From contig JABVCE010000014.1 in NCBI GenBank assembly GCA_014905635.1, positions 558,001-622,000 on the forward strand: a DNA stretch of 64,000 bases. The letters are read 5' to 3'. The stretch comes from Scenedesmus sp. PABB004 (Eukaryota). Both the position numbers and the translations under genes were made by a program. Within the stretch, counting starts at the first letter, position 1, and each line of letters starts with the position of its first letter. The notes under the pieces were generated by a model. The model did not search any database and was not told the origin of the DNA. It worked only from the letters and a program-made list of their open reading frames with translations. Positions 50,854 through 62,920 of the stretch are shown piece after piece.

Positions 50854-52705
50854 TCACGCCGGGGGGTCCACCGCGGCGGCGGCCGCCTGCCGGAACGCGC
50901 CGGCGAGGCGCGCGCCGCCCGCCGTGCCGCGGCCGCCGCGCAGCAACTCGTGCAGCGTGAGCGCGCAGATGTTGCGCGCCGCGTTGTCGTCGCGCGGCGC
51001 GACGACCGTGCACCCGGGGCACTGCACCAGACCATAGATGCCCCGCAGCTTCTCCACGCGCGCCCCGCAAACAGAGCAGGTGATGCTGGTCCGGTGCTCG
51101 TCCATGAGCACCGCGGCGACGCGCCGGCGCGCGTAGTACGTGCGCAGCAGCGCCAGCAGCGCCTGCCGCGGCGGCCCCGGCCCCGAGATGCAGCCCCCCA
51201 TGCCCAGGCTGGCGTCCCCGATGCCCAGCACCACCGCGGGCAGGTCGGCGGGCAGGCGCGCGTGCTGCCGGACGCGCCCGCGCACAAAGACCCGGCCGTA
51301 TGCAGTCAACTGAATCGCCGCATGCAGCGCGCGCTGCTTCAGCCCGTGCTTCCGCAGCCGCCACGCACACTCTGCACGGCACGCAAGCAAGCTATATGCG
51401 AATTCATTGTCCAACACATGATGCACCCGGCCGTTGCGCCACGCCCCGGCGGCGGCGACGCTCGTGCCCGAGTAGGCAGGGACGCGGTTCAGGCAGGCAT
51501 GCACGCAGTCGCCGCCGCCGGGCGGGCGGCGTTCATACCGCCCCGGCCGCCCCGGCCGCCCCTGCTGCCACAGGCGGTGCCGCTCGATCCCGCGCGAGTC
51601 GCGGTGCGCGGCGGTCTTTATTCTAATGATGCGCTCCGCCTCGTAGCGGCGGCCGTGGTCGCCGCGGTGGCGCGGCGCGTTGGGGCAGCGCCGCTGCGCG
51701 ATGCGGCGGTGCGCGACGCGCGTGCAGCCCGGGCCCTGCCGCCAAGTCGCGGCGCATATCATGCGCGCCCGGCCCGGGTCGATTCCGACTATGCGCACGC
51801 CCGCGTGCACGGCCGCGGCCGCGCCGTGCAGCGCGTGCCCCGGCGGCAGGCCATCCACGCCGCGCAGCTCGCACGGGTCGAGCGGCAGCGCGTCGAGCGC
51901 CGCCTCGTCGGCCACGCCGTGCGGCGCCAGCGCGTCGCAGAGCAGCCGCCGCGCTGCCGCCGCGCCCGCGCGGTGCTCTGCCGCGCGCTGCGCCGCCTTG
52001 GCGGCGCGCGACTGCTGGCCGTGGCGCGGGGCGGGGTCGGCGGCGCCCTCGACCCGCACGCGCACGTGCAGCGCCGCCAGATCAAACGTCACAGAGCCCG
52101 CGAAGCGCGTGTTGGCGTGCAGCACGCCGCGCGCGCGCCCGGGGTGCCGGCCAAAATCAAAATATGAGTCCCAGATGGGATCATAATCCCCATGGGGCGG
52201 CGGCGGCGCGGGCGGCGGGGCGCCTCCGCCCGGCGGGGCGGTGTTGGGCGGCGGCGGCTGGCCTGCCGGCTGGCCCCCCGCGAGCGCCTTGGCCTGACGC
52301 GCGCGCAGCGCAGCATCCAGCGCCTGCATGCCCGAGGTGGACAGGTGCAGGTGCTGGGTGCCGTACTTGGGCACCGGCGCCAGCGTGAAGGCGCGCCGCT
52401 TGGGCAGCGCCACGCGCGCGGCGTGCCGCGAGCGCAGGGCGCGCAGCACCTTGCACGCGCCCGCGACCGCGATGAGCGCGTCGGGGTGCTGCCCCGCGCC
52501 GCCGGCGCGCTGCGGCGGCTGCGCGCCGCCGCTGCGGCCGCCGGGCGGCGCCGGCGCCGCCGGCGGCGGCCCCGCGCCGGCGGCGGTCGCCGCAGCCAGC
52601 ACCGCCTCGAGCGTCGCGCACACCGCGCGGCGCCAGCCGGCCGGGACATCGCGACGCAGCGCCGCGACAGCCGCCGCCGCCTCCTCGAGCGTGCGCGGCG
52701 CGGGC

Positions 52706-52738
<33 letters not shown>

Positions 52739-53859
52739 GCCGGCGGCGCCGGCGCAGCGCGACCCTGCGCGGCCGCTGTGGCCGCCAGGTAGCCGCGCGC
52801 GGCCGCCAGGTAGCCGCGCGCGGCCGCCAGGTAGCCGCGCGCGGCCGCCAGTCGGGCGCCGCAGTCGCCCAGCAGACGCGCGCCCTGGTCGCGCGCGGCG
52901 CGCGCGGCGTCCGCCGCGCGGCGGGCCGCGTCCGCGTCAGGCGCCGCCGCCGCGCCGTGCGGTCGCGCGAGCCGCCGCTGGTGCTGCACGAGCGCCGCGT
53001 CGCGCTCGTGGTGCTGCACCACGGCAGCCTGCCACTCCGCCTCCACGGCTGCGAGGTCGGCCTCCACCGTCGCGTCGCCGGCGGCGGTCAGCGCGGCCAG
53101 CGCCAGCCGCAGCCGCTCCGCGGCCGCGGCCGGCAGCGCCGCGCCCGGCCCCTGGCCCGGCGCCGCGCCCGGGCCCTGGCCCGGCGCCGCGCCCGGCGCG
53201 GCGCCTTGCCCCCGGGCGCGGAGCAGCCGCGCCTCCGCGACGGCCAGCCGGCGCCGGAGCGCCGCCGCGTGCGCGTCCTTGCGCTGCAGGCGGCGCAGCC
53301 GGTTGCGCGCGTGGTCGGGCGGGCCCGTCATACCTCCCTGGACCGCAGCGCGGCTGGCGACCTCCCGCTGCAGGTCCTTGAGGGGTTCCTTGCGCAGACG
53401 CACGGCCGCCTCGCTGGCATCCACGGCGGCGCGCAGGCGCTGCACCGCCGCCTCGAGCTTGCCCAGCTCGCGCGCCCGCTGCAGCTCGCGCAGGCGCGGC
53501 TCCTGGGCGCTGGCGTCCAGCAGCTTGGGGGGCGCCGGCGGACGCTGGCCGCGGCTGCGGCTGCTGCTGCTGCCGCTGCCGCTGCCGCTGCGCCCGCTGC
53601 TGCCGTCCAGCGCCTCTGCCAGCGACTCGACGGCCGCCGCGAGCGCGCCGGCCGACGCGGGCTCCGGGGCCGCCCCGAGCGACGCGGCGCGGCGCAGCAT
53701 CGCCTCCAGCGCCGGCCGCGCCGCCGCGCCCTGCTGGGCTGCCAGCGAGTCCGCGAGCCGCGGCGCGCAGGCAGCAAACATGTGCTGTTGGCCGAGCATG
53801 ACGACAAAGTCGCGCGCGACGCGGCGCGACTTTGTCGTCATGCTCGGCCAACAGCACAT
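50854..53859 (-). CDS. Fanzor (eukaryotic TnpB-family, Fanzor1-like) RNA-guided endonuclease, intronless; start codon uncertain
   Basis: RuvC-I IVGIDPG, RuvC-II LMDEHRTS, Zn finger CSVC..CPGC, RuvC-III RDDNAARNI. Upstream FTLAPVP..LHLS, WDSYF and RFAGSVTFD resemble Fanzor1 blocks. Confidence 0.88.
52780..52851 (-). repeat. 21-nt tandem repeat x3.4 inside the Fanzor ORF (AAARGYL)
   Basis: Exact copies of ggccgccaggtagccgcgcgc start at 52780, 52801 and 52822. Confidence 0.95.
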
Positions 53860-53860
53860 G
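53779..53860. repeat. Perfect 37-bp inverted repeat with 8-nt spacer
   Basis: 53779-53815 (catgtgctgttggccgagcatgacgacaaagtcgcgc) is the exact reverse complement of 53824-53860. Confidence 0.97.
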
Positions 53861-54126
53861 CGCCATGGCGTCGGCGTCGCCCTCCCGGTACGCCAGGCCC
53901 TCGAGCCCTCGAGCTGCCGGGCCAGGCTCCCGCCCTGCTGGCTCGAGCTGCTCCGAGCGGGCCCTCGAGCTCAATCGGGCGTCAGCGCGTTCCAGCCCGC
54001 CCAGCGACGGCAGGCGCTCGCGGCGGCGGCGCGCGGCACACTGCGCAGCGCGCGCCGGCACACGTGAGCGCGCGGGCGCTCTGTTGTGCGTCCTCCTGCG
54101 CGGCCTCCCACCGCCCCGGCAGCCGC

Positions 54127-55617
54127 TCACTGGCGGCCGGCCGCCGCCTCGGCCGCCTGCAGCGCCGGCGCCGCCGCGGCCTGCGCGGGGAGGCGAAGCG
54201 CGCAGACCGACGTGCGATACCGCCCCGTGCTCACGCTGCCCTCGTCCGCGGCGCTCGACAGCCGCGTGCTGTAGGCGACGTAGACCAGCGTAGACCGGCT
54301 GGGGTCGTAGAGCCGCCGCACGCGCAGCGTCTGCGCGGCGCGGCGCGGCGCGCGGTTTGCGGGGCTCGGCCAGGCGCGCTCCTCCAGGCTGCAGCCCAGC
54401 GCCCCCTCTCCGCGCGTGACCCCCCTCTGCACGTGCCGCACCTTGTCCTTGAAGATGGAGAGGCCCTTCTTCTCGCTGAACACCTCCTTGCCTGCGGCCC
54501 GGGGCGGGAGAAGCGAGCAGCATCGCCGGGTTGGTGGGCTGCCGCCTCGACCACCCCACGCGCCAACAGCAGCCGGCCCGCCGTGCCGCGCGGCGCCGCG
54601 CGCACCCTCGACGCCGCCGAGGCCGGCGGGGTTGGTCACGGCGGCGTCGGGCGCGATCGAACACGTGAGGCTCGCCTGGCTCGGCTCGGCGAAGAAGTCC
54701 TGCCGCGCGCGCGGGCGGGCCGGCGGGCGGGCCGCGCGGCGGGGACGCGGGCGGGCGGGCGGCGTGAGCGCGCGCGGCCCTGCCGCGATCGTACGCCGCC
54801 CGAGCGGCGGGGCGGCCACGCGTGCGTCTAGACTCAGCGTGCCGGCGCACACACCTTCTGAAGCTTGTCTACGAGGCTCCTCTTGAAGTCACTGAAATAG
54901 ATCGTCACGCCCGGCACTGCGCGGCGGGCGGCACGGCGGGCGCGGGCGTCGGCGGGGCGCGTCCTGCGAGCGCGGCGACGTCGTGCAGGCGCGGCGCCGT
55001 GTTGCGGGCGCGGCGCCGTCCTGCGAGCGCGCACCCTCGGGGTCGTCCAGGGCGTTGACCTCAACCGAGTCTTTGAACAGGAAGCCACTTGCCTTGCGGG
55101 CGTTCAGGGGCGCGCGGCGGCGCATCCATGCGAGCACAGGGCGCGGGCGGTGCGGGTCGGGTCGTGGCCACCGACGGGCGGGGCGGCGCGCGGGCAGCAG
55201 CAGGGCGCGGGCGCGGCGGGCGGCACCTGAAACTCGCCGATGCGCTCGCGTGCCGCCTGCGCGCTGCCTGCGCGCAGCAGCGAGGGCGGCGGCGGCGGCG
55301 GCAGGCGCCGCGCGTTGGGGGCGGGCCGCCGCGCGGGCGGGACGCCGCTGGCAGGCACGGCGGCGCGTGCGCGCGCGCGCGGGGCGGCCGCGGCGCCGCG
55401 CACCCGGCGCGGCCAGCAGCGCCGCCGCGGCGAGCGCGGCGCCCGCCGCGCGCCAGTCTGCGCCGCCGCGCTGCGCCGCCGCGGAGACGCCACGCTGCCG
55501 CCGCTGGGTGGCGGCTGCTGCTCCCTGGCGACCGCTCGCAGTGGCGGCGGCGAAGGGCCGGCGCGCGCGGCTGGCAGCGGCACCGCCGGACAGCGAGGCG
55601 CGGGCGGCGGTCTGCAT
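54127..55617 (-). CDS. CreA-family protein, probably plastid/thylakoid-targeted
   Basis: ASGFLFKDSVEVNALDDPEVPGVTIYFS, EPSQASLTC, EVFSEKKGLSIFKDKTLRVRRLYDPSRSTLVYVAYS. Transit-like N-terminus. Confidence 0.85.
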
Positions 55618-56396
55618 CGCGGCGGGTGGTGCAGCGCAGGGCGGGTGGGGCGATCAGGGCGTGCGGCAGGCGCTCTGGTGGCGGGCGCCGGCGGCCGCGG
55701 GCGAAGGGCGACGTGGCGGTGCAGCGGCGAAACCGCGCGGCCGCCGCCGCAACCAGCGCCCCGTCGGGTGTCCGGAGCGCGCACACCGGAGCGTGATTGG
55801 CCAGACGCGAGGCCCCGAGGCGTCCCCGCTGCAGCGCACCGGAGCAAGGCCCGTGCCGACCGCGGAGGCTTTTGAGTCGATCGTTGCTTCGATCGCTGCT
55901 CTTGGCGGTGCGCGGGCGCTGTTTGCTGCACGGGCGCACACGCCAGGCCCGGCGCTGGGCACCTGCAGGCCAGGCCCGGCGTCGCGTGCGGGCGTCCTTG
56001 GACCGAGCACGGCAGCGCAGGGCCAGCCGGGACTGAGGGAGGCTCGCAGCCGCAGCCGGGGCGCCTGCAGCGCTGCGGGGGCGCCCTTGGGCCGGGGCCA
56101 TCTGCCTCGGCCCGCGCCGGGCAGCCTGGCGCGCGTGGGCCTGGGCTCGCTCGCGTCAGCGGCTCAGCGCGGGCAGGCCCATCCATCCCGCAGCGCCACG
56201 CGCTCTTTCCGAGCCCGCGCGGCCGGCAGCAGCAGGCCCTGGGCTTCCGCGAGCCAGGCCGCGCCCGCCCGCCCCTCACGCGCGTCCCCCCGACCCGCCA
56301 CCCGTCCCGCAGGCGCCCGCGACAGCGGCGCGCACCCCCGCACCCCGCCTCGCGCGGCCGCGCCGACCCGGCGCGGCGCCGCGGCAGCGGCGGGGC

Positions 56397-58570
56397 ATGT
56401 CTGGCGCGCCGCGGAGCGGGCCCTACGCCATCAACGGCTCGGGGGCGGCGTTCCCCAAGATCTATGGCGCCGACGGCGCGCCCGACGGCGACGGTGCGCG
56501 CGCCGCGCCGGCGCGCGCGCGCCGCGCGGCTCGGCGCCGCCGCCGGGGCGCGGCGCCCACAGCGCGCGCGCCGCCCGCCGCCGCCCCGCAGGCCGCGGCG
56601 CGCCGCTGAGCAGCGCCATGGGCAGCGGCTACCCGGCGCCCATGTACGGCCTCAACGGCGGCGCGGGCGGTGCGGGCGGCTACCCGCCCGCGGGCGCGAC
56701 GCCCGGCAGTGGCTGGAGCAGCAGCACGGGCGGCCCGCCCGGCAGCGGCCTGCCCGGCGGCAGCACCTGCACGAGCGGCAGCGTGCCGCTCCCGGGCGGC
56801 GCCGGCCCGCCCGGCGGCAGCAGCGGCGGCGGCAGCCTCCAGCAGCCGGGCCTCAGCGCCGGGCCGCCGGCGTCCTACCCCTACGCCGGGGCGCTCGGCG
56901 GCGGCGCGGGCGGCGGCGGCGGCGGCGTGCCGATGTCGGCGCCCGGCGTGCTGGGCTACGCGCCGTCGGCGCCGAGCAGCGGCCCCACCTACGGGTCGAG
57001 CTACATCAGCGCGAGCGGCGGCCCGCCCAACCCCGCGGCCCGCCCCGCGGCCGCGAGCCTCGCCGCCGCCGCGCTCGCGGGCGTCGCGAGCAGCAAGGCG
57101 TCCGCGCTCGGCGGCCTGCCGCTGCACGGCGGTGGCCTCGCGCCGCCCACGAGCCGGCCCCAGCTCGGCGACGACCTGTTCTGCAGCTGCCCCATGGTCT
57201 GCGTCGTCGGCACCAACGCGGGCGCGCCGCACGCGGTGCCGCTCACCATCATGAGCCTGCGCTTCGACGTCTCCTGCCACATCAGCCAGGCCTTTGTCGA
57301 CGCGCAGCTCGTCTGCCAGTACCCCGCGGTGCGGCGCTCGCGGCGCCCGCGGCGGCGCGCGGGCTCCGCGGGGGTTAGTGAGGCGCGCGCGCGCGCGGCG
57401 CCGCGGAGCGCCGCGCCCGACGCCGCCGCGCCTCGCCGACTGCCCGCCCCGCCCGCCTGCACCGCCGCGCCGCGCCGCCAGTCCTGGAACGACGCGCCGC
57501 TGGTCTTCTTCTTGCCCAAAACCGCGGGTGGGTCCTGGGTTCAGGCGCCAGGGCTTGGTCCCTCCCACGCTCTCCAGGCCGCCGCGCAGCGCGCCGGCCG
57601 CGTGCCCCGGGCCTGCTGCGCCCGCCGCCCACGCCGCCGCGCCCGCTCCCCCGCCGCTCCCGCCGCCAGACACGACCATCACCGAGCTGGCGATTGAGAA
57701 CATGGTGCGGCCAAGCGTGTTTGCCACGGCCGTGGTGCCGGTGGACGACGTCAAGAGGTTTGCCGGCAAGGGCGGCGGTGAGCGCGGGGCGCGGGGGCCG
57801 CGGGGCGCGGCGCGGGGCGCAAGGCGCGGGGCGGGGCACGGCGGGGGTCGCGCTGACGCCGCCGCGCCGCGCCGCGCAGCGGGCGGCGGCCCGAACAACG
57901 CGGTGGGCGAGCCCGAGGACGGCTCGGGGCCCGACCCGGAGCTGCTGATGCTGCCGCTGCCGCCGGGCATGCCGGGGGACCAGTACCGCGTGAAGCTCTC
58001 CTTCTTCCTGCCCATGGCCTTTGACGTGGCGCAGGGCCGATACGTGCTGCGCCTGCCGACGACGGTGCCGCCGGTGCGCGGGGCCGCCCGGGCGCGCGCG
58101 GGCGCGCGCGCACAGGCCGCGGCGGCGCACCCGCGCCCGCGCCCGCGCGCCGCCGACGCCGCGTGTCCCCCGCGCGGCGCCCGCCCGCCGGCGCAGGTGT
58201 GCCTGGCGCAGGGCGCGAGCGTGAACAGCGTGCTGGACGTGAGCGTGACGATCAACACGGGTGCGCGCTGCGCCGCCGCGCGTCCCCCGGCGCCCCGCCG
58301 CGCGCCCCTGCACCCGGCTGCGCTGCCCCGCGCGCGCGAGCCCCCACGCGCCCCCGCGCGCGCGCGTGCGCAGGCAACGGCGAGGAGGTGGACCTGCTGG
58401 TGCCGAGCCACCCCACAGCCATCATGGACAGCCAGCGCGGCAGCATCGCGTTCGAGCTGGACAACAGCCAGGTCTGGCGGCGCCGCGGGCCGCGCGCTGC
58501 GCTGCGCGCGGCGCAGCGCGCGGCGGGCCCGGCCGGCAGCCGGCCGCGCCGTGGTCTGACGCACGTGCGT

Positions 58571-58650
<80 letters not shown>

Positions 58651-61564
58651 GGCGCAGCCGTGGGACAACGGCGACTTCATTGCCGGCTACAGCGTGTGGC
58701 GCGACAGCATGACCGCGACCGTGCACGTCGAGCCGCCGCAGCCGGGGCTGCCCGACCAGCGCGGCACGTTTGCGCTCAGCATCACGCCGCCGGGTGCGCG
58801 CCGCGTGGCGGCGCGGGCGGCGCCCCGCCGCGCCGGCCGTCGCCGCCGCCGCAGCCGGCGCCGCCGCCGCTCACACGCACCGCCCGCCGCGCTGCCGCCC
58901 CCAACAGGCCCCGAGCACAGCGTGCGCTTCCCGCGCAGCGTGGTGTTCATGTTTGACCGCAGCGGCTCGATGACGGGCGACCCCATCCGGTGCGCGGCGC
59001 GTGCGGCGCGGCGCGGGAGGCGGCGCGCCGCCGCGGCGCACGAGGCGGCACGCCGCGCGGCGCGGGGCGCGGGGCACGGGCGCGCGGCGCGGGGCGCGGG
59101 GCCCCGACGCCCTCCCGCGGCGCGCGTGCTGTGTGTGCTGTGTGACCACTGCAGGTACGCCAAGGCCGCGCTGCTCAACGGCCTGCACATGCTCGGCCCC
59201 GAGGACCGCTTCACCGTCGTCGCGTTTGACCACGAGCAGCTCTGGTGGACCGGTGCGCCCCGCCGCGCCGCGCCGCCGCCGCCGCCGCGCGCGCCGCCGC
59301 CCTCCCCGTCCGCACGCGCCCACGCGCGCCCTCATCCGCCCACGCGCGCGCCCACACCCCTGCACGCCCATGCAACCACGCACACACACACGCTCAGACC
59401 GGCTGATCGAGGCGACGCCGGAGAACGTGGTGACGTGCATGCACTGGGTGAACGACGACCTCTCCGCGCGCGGCACGACCGACATCCACGGCCCCCTCGC
59501 GCGCGCGCTCAAGCTGCTCAGCGGCGCGCCGGGCCTGCCGCTCGTGTTCCTGCTCACAGACGGTGCGCGGCGCCGCCGCCGCGCGGCCAGGCCTCAGGGC
59601 GCAGGGCGGCCGGCCGGGCACCCCCAAGGAAACCACCCCTTCGCCAGAGGGCGCAGCCGTTGACCGCCCGCCCGCCCGCCCGCCCGCCCGCCCGCCCGCG
59701 CGCGCGCGCAGGCTGTGTGGAGGACGAGCGTGACATCTGCAGCATGGCCGAGGCCGCCATCGCCGCGGCGGGGCGCCCCGGCGACGCGAACAACGGCCTC
59801 GGCGCGGCGCCGCTCGGCAGCGCGCTCGGGGGGCCGCCGCCGAGCAGCGGCTCGGCCGTGAGCGCGGTGCACAGCGTGCCGCCGCCGCCGGCGGCGCCGC
59901 CGGCGCTCGCGCCGCGCGTCTTCACCTTTGGCATCGGTGCGCCCCCGCCCGGCTGCCGCCGCCGGCGCCGCTGCGCCGCGCTGCGCCCGCTCACCCGCAC
60001 ACAACCAACCACAACGCCCTCAACACGCACACCACACACCCCCCCTCCAGGCCCCTACTGCAACCACTACTTCCTCAAGCGCCTCGCCGCGCTGGGGCGC
60101 GGCATGGCGGGCCTCGCGTTCCGCCCGCACGCCATCCAGGCGGGCATGGAGGCGATGCTCGCTGCCGCGGCGCTGCCGATGCTGAGCGACGTCCACATCC
60201 GCGTCGAGGTGCGGCGCGCGGCACGCGCTGCGCGCTCGCCGCCTTTTTTTTCAGTTTCCCGCCAAAGCCCTCAGTCGCGCAGGGTTCAGGTGATGACGCC
60301 GCCGCCGCCTCCCCGTCCGCCTGCCCGCCCTCCCCAGGGCCTGACGAGCGTCGAGCTCTACCCGTTCCCAATCCCCGACGTCTTTGTCGGCTGCCCGCTG
60401 CTCGTGAGCGGCAAGTTTGAGGGCGACTGGCCCGAGAGCGTGGAGATTGCGGGCACCCTGCCCGACGGCACGAGTGAGCGGGCAGGGCGGGGAGGCACCG
60501 ACGCGCGGCGCGGCGCAGGGGGCTGGCTGCGGCCCGCACCGCGCGCCTGTGGGAGGGAGGGCCGGCGCGGCACGCGCCTGGCTGACCCCTCCGGCGCGCC
60601 GCCGCGCCGCCGCGCCGCGCGCAGGCTGGTGCCAGGAGGTCCCGACGCTCGCGGCGGGCGAGCTGCCGCTGCAGAAGATCTTTGCCAAGAGCCAGCTCGA
60701 CCTCATGACCGCAAACGCCTGGATGGCGGGTGCGCGCCGCGCCGCGCCGCGCCACGCCGCGCCGAGCTCGGCGCCGCGGCGCCGCCTCGGCGCTCGGCCG
60801 CAGTGGGCGCGCCGCGCGTGCGGCCCCGGAAGGGCCCCCGCGGCATGCACTGAGCGCCGCCCGCCGCGCCGCGCCGTCGTGCAGGCGACCCGCCGGCGAT
60901 GGTGCGCGCGATCGTAGACCTCTCGGTCGCGAGCGGCGTTGCGAGCGCGCACACGGCGATGGTGGGCTTTGAGACGACGCCGGAGCGCTATGAGCAGATG
61001 CAGGCGCGGCGCGGCGCACGGCGGCGGCGGCTGCGGCGCGCGGCGCTCGGCGGTGGCGGCGGCTGCGGGCCGCTCTCTGCCTGCCGCGGCGGCCCGGCCG
61101 CGGCACGCGCGCGCGCAGCCCTCTCTTCAGATGGAGCACCCCCGCCGACAGCCCTCGGCCCACCGCGCGCCGCCGCGCCGCGCAGGCGGTGCCTCCGAGC
61201 GAGCGGCGCAAAAAGATTATCAAGTGGGCCATCGGCGGCGCCGCGGGCGTGGGCCTCGTCGCCGGCGTCGCGGCGGCGCTCACGTTTGGCGACCTCGCCG
61301 GCACCATCGGCAACCTTCCGGTGCGCGCGGCGCCGCGCTCAAACGCCCGCCGAGCCGCCCGCGCTGCCCCGTGCCGCGCGCGCTGAGCCGCCCCGCGCTG
61401 CCGCTCCGCGCCGCGCCGCGCCGCGTCAGGTCGGGGACGCCATGGGCGCGCTCGGCGGCGACCTCGGGGGCTTCTTTGAGAGCCTCGGCGGGGGCATGGA
61501 CTGCTGCGGCGGCTGCGACTGCGGCGACTGCGGCGACGCGTGCGGCAGCTGCCTCACCTGCTGA
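56397..61564 (+). CDS. von Willebrand factor A domain protein (ITIH/VWA5-like) with C-terminal hydrophobic segment and Cys-rich tail
   Basis: MIDAS VFMFDRSGSM, FTVVAFD, GTTDIHGPL, VFLLTDG, RVFTFGIGPYCNHYFL. Many short introns. Confidence 0.88.
58571..58650. repeat. (GCC)n trinucleotide run in a VWA intron
   Basis: Directly visible pure run just upstream of the acceptor. Confidence 0.95.
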
Positions 61565-62104
61565 GCCGGCGCCGCCGCGCGGGGAGGCGAGGGCGGGCAA
61601 GGGGTGGGAGGGGGGGGGGGGGGGGGCTGTGACAGTGGCATCCGCCTGGGCGGCGGCGGGGCACGGCACGGCACTCGTTGACTGACCGCGTGGCGGCGCG
61701 GCGCGGCGCGCCGCCCCTGTACACCCACACGCACGCCCACGCGGCGGCGGGCGGGCGGGTGACGGCGACCGCGCCGGCCCGCGCTGCTGCTGCATGTGCA
61801 ATGCACGCAAACGCACTGCCATACGTATCGCTCGCGTGAGCGTTGACGCTGACTCTTGACGACTCTGCTGCACAGCCTGACAAAGCCACACTCACCCCCC
61901 GCGGCCGCGCAGGCGCCGTTGCTGCCGTCGCTGGCCTTGCTGCTGCTGCGCGCGCGCGCGTGGGACGCTAGCGACACTCCCGGCCGCTGCCTCGGCGCAC
62001 GGTCGGGGCGGGTCCATTTAACCGCAATCCCGGCACCAACGTTCGCGTGCTGCGGCCCCGCAACTCGGCCGCGCGACTGCAGCCTCGCCTCGCCTCGGCA
62101 GGCC

Positions 62105-62703
62105 TCAGTCTGCGGGCGGGGGCGCGGGTCGGTCGGCGCGGCCAGCGCGGCCAGCGCGGCCAGCGCGGCCAGCGCGCGGTGCCCGCAGCCCGCCGCACCC
62201 TGCAGCGGGGCGCGCTCCTCCTGGCCCGCGGCCTCCGCCTCGGCGGCGCCGCTGGCGCCACCCGGCGCGCCCTCCTCCTCGCGCCCGCCGCCCGCCTCGG
62301 GCGCGGAGCCCTCGGCGTCGCCGCCGGCGCGCGCCAGCTCGGGCGCGCCACCGGCGCTCGCCGGCTCGGGCGCTGAGCCCTCGGCGTCGCCGCCGGCGCT
62401 CGCCGGCTCGGGCGCGGCGCGCTCGGCGTCGCCGCCGGCGCTCGGCTCGTCGGGGCGCGGTGTCTTCATCTCCTGCTTGCCCTGGAGGATCTCGCCGCGC
62501 TCGCCCACGAGCTGGTCGTCGTTCTCCGCCCCCGTGTCGCTAGAGAGCATCGCGACGCGGCGCCGCGGCGCCGGCCGCGGCGCGGGCGACGGCGCGGGCG
62601 CGGCGCCGCTGCGCGGGCGCGGCGCGGGCGCGGGCCGCTGGGCGCGCCCCACGCGCCTGGACGTGCCAGGGCGGGCGGACAGGGCGCGGGAGGAGGCGAG
62701 CAT
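62105..62703 (-). CDS. Small acidic, probably organelle-targeted hypothetical protein with internal SAGGDAE repeats
   Basis: MLASSRALSARPGTSR is transit-like. Exon SSDTGAENDDQLVGERGEILQGKQE... The last intron and stop are inferred. Confidence 0.55.
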
Positions 62704-62920
62704 CTTTGCGGCGGCGGGCGGCAGCTGCGACGCGTGACCGGGCGGCGGCGTGCGCCTGGCAGCGACGGGCTGCGCGTGCGTGCCGGCCCTCGGCGGCGGC
62801 TGGGGGGATGTGTCGTGGGGCGGCCGCCGCGCCGGTGGAGGTGGCGCCGACGCGCGGCGTGCTGAAGAACCGCCCGCCGCCGCGACAACGTTCGCGCGTT
62901 GCTGGCGCCCGCGCAGTTGC

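Noticed and set aside
50212..54126. Terminal inverted repeats or target-site duplication around the Fanzor
   Set aside because: I found no matching pair on the two flanks by eye, so element ends are left undefined.
52937..54850. 637-aa minus-strand ORF that could suggest a CreA-Fanzor fusion
   Set aside because: It is out of frame with both the CreA exons and the Fanzor ORF, and CreA has its own stop at 54127.
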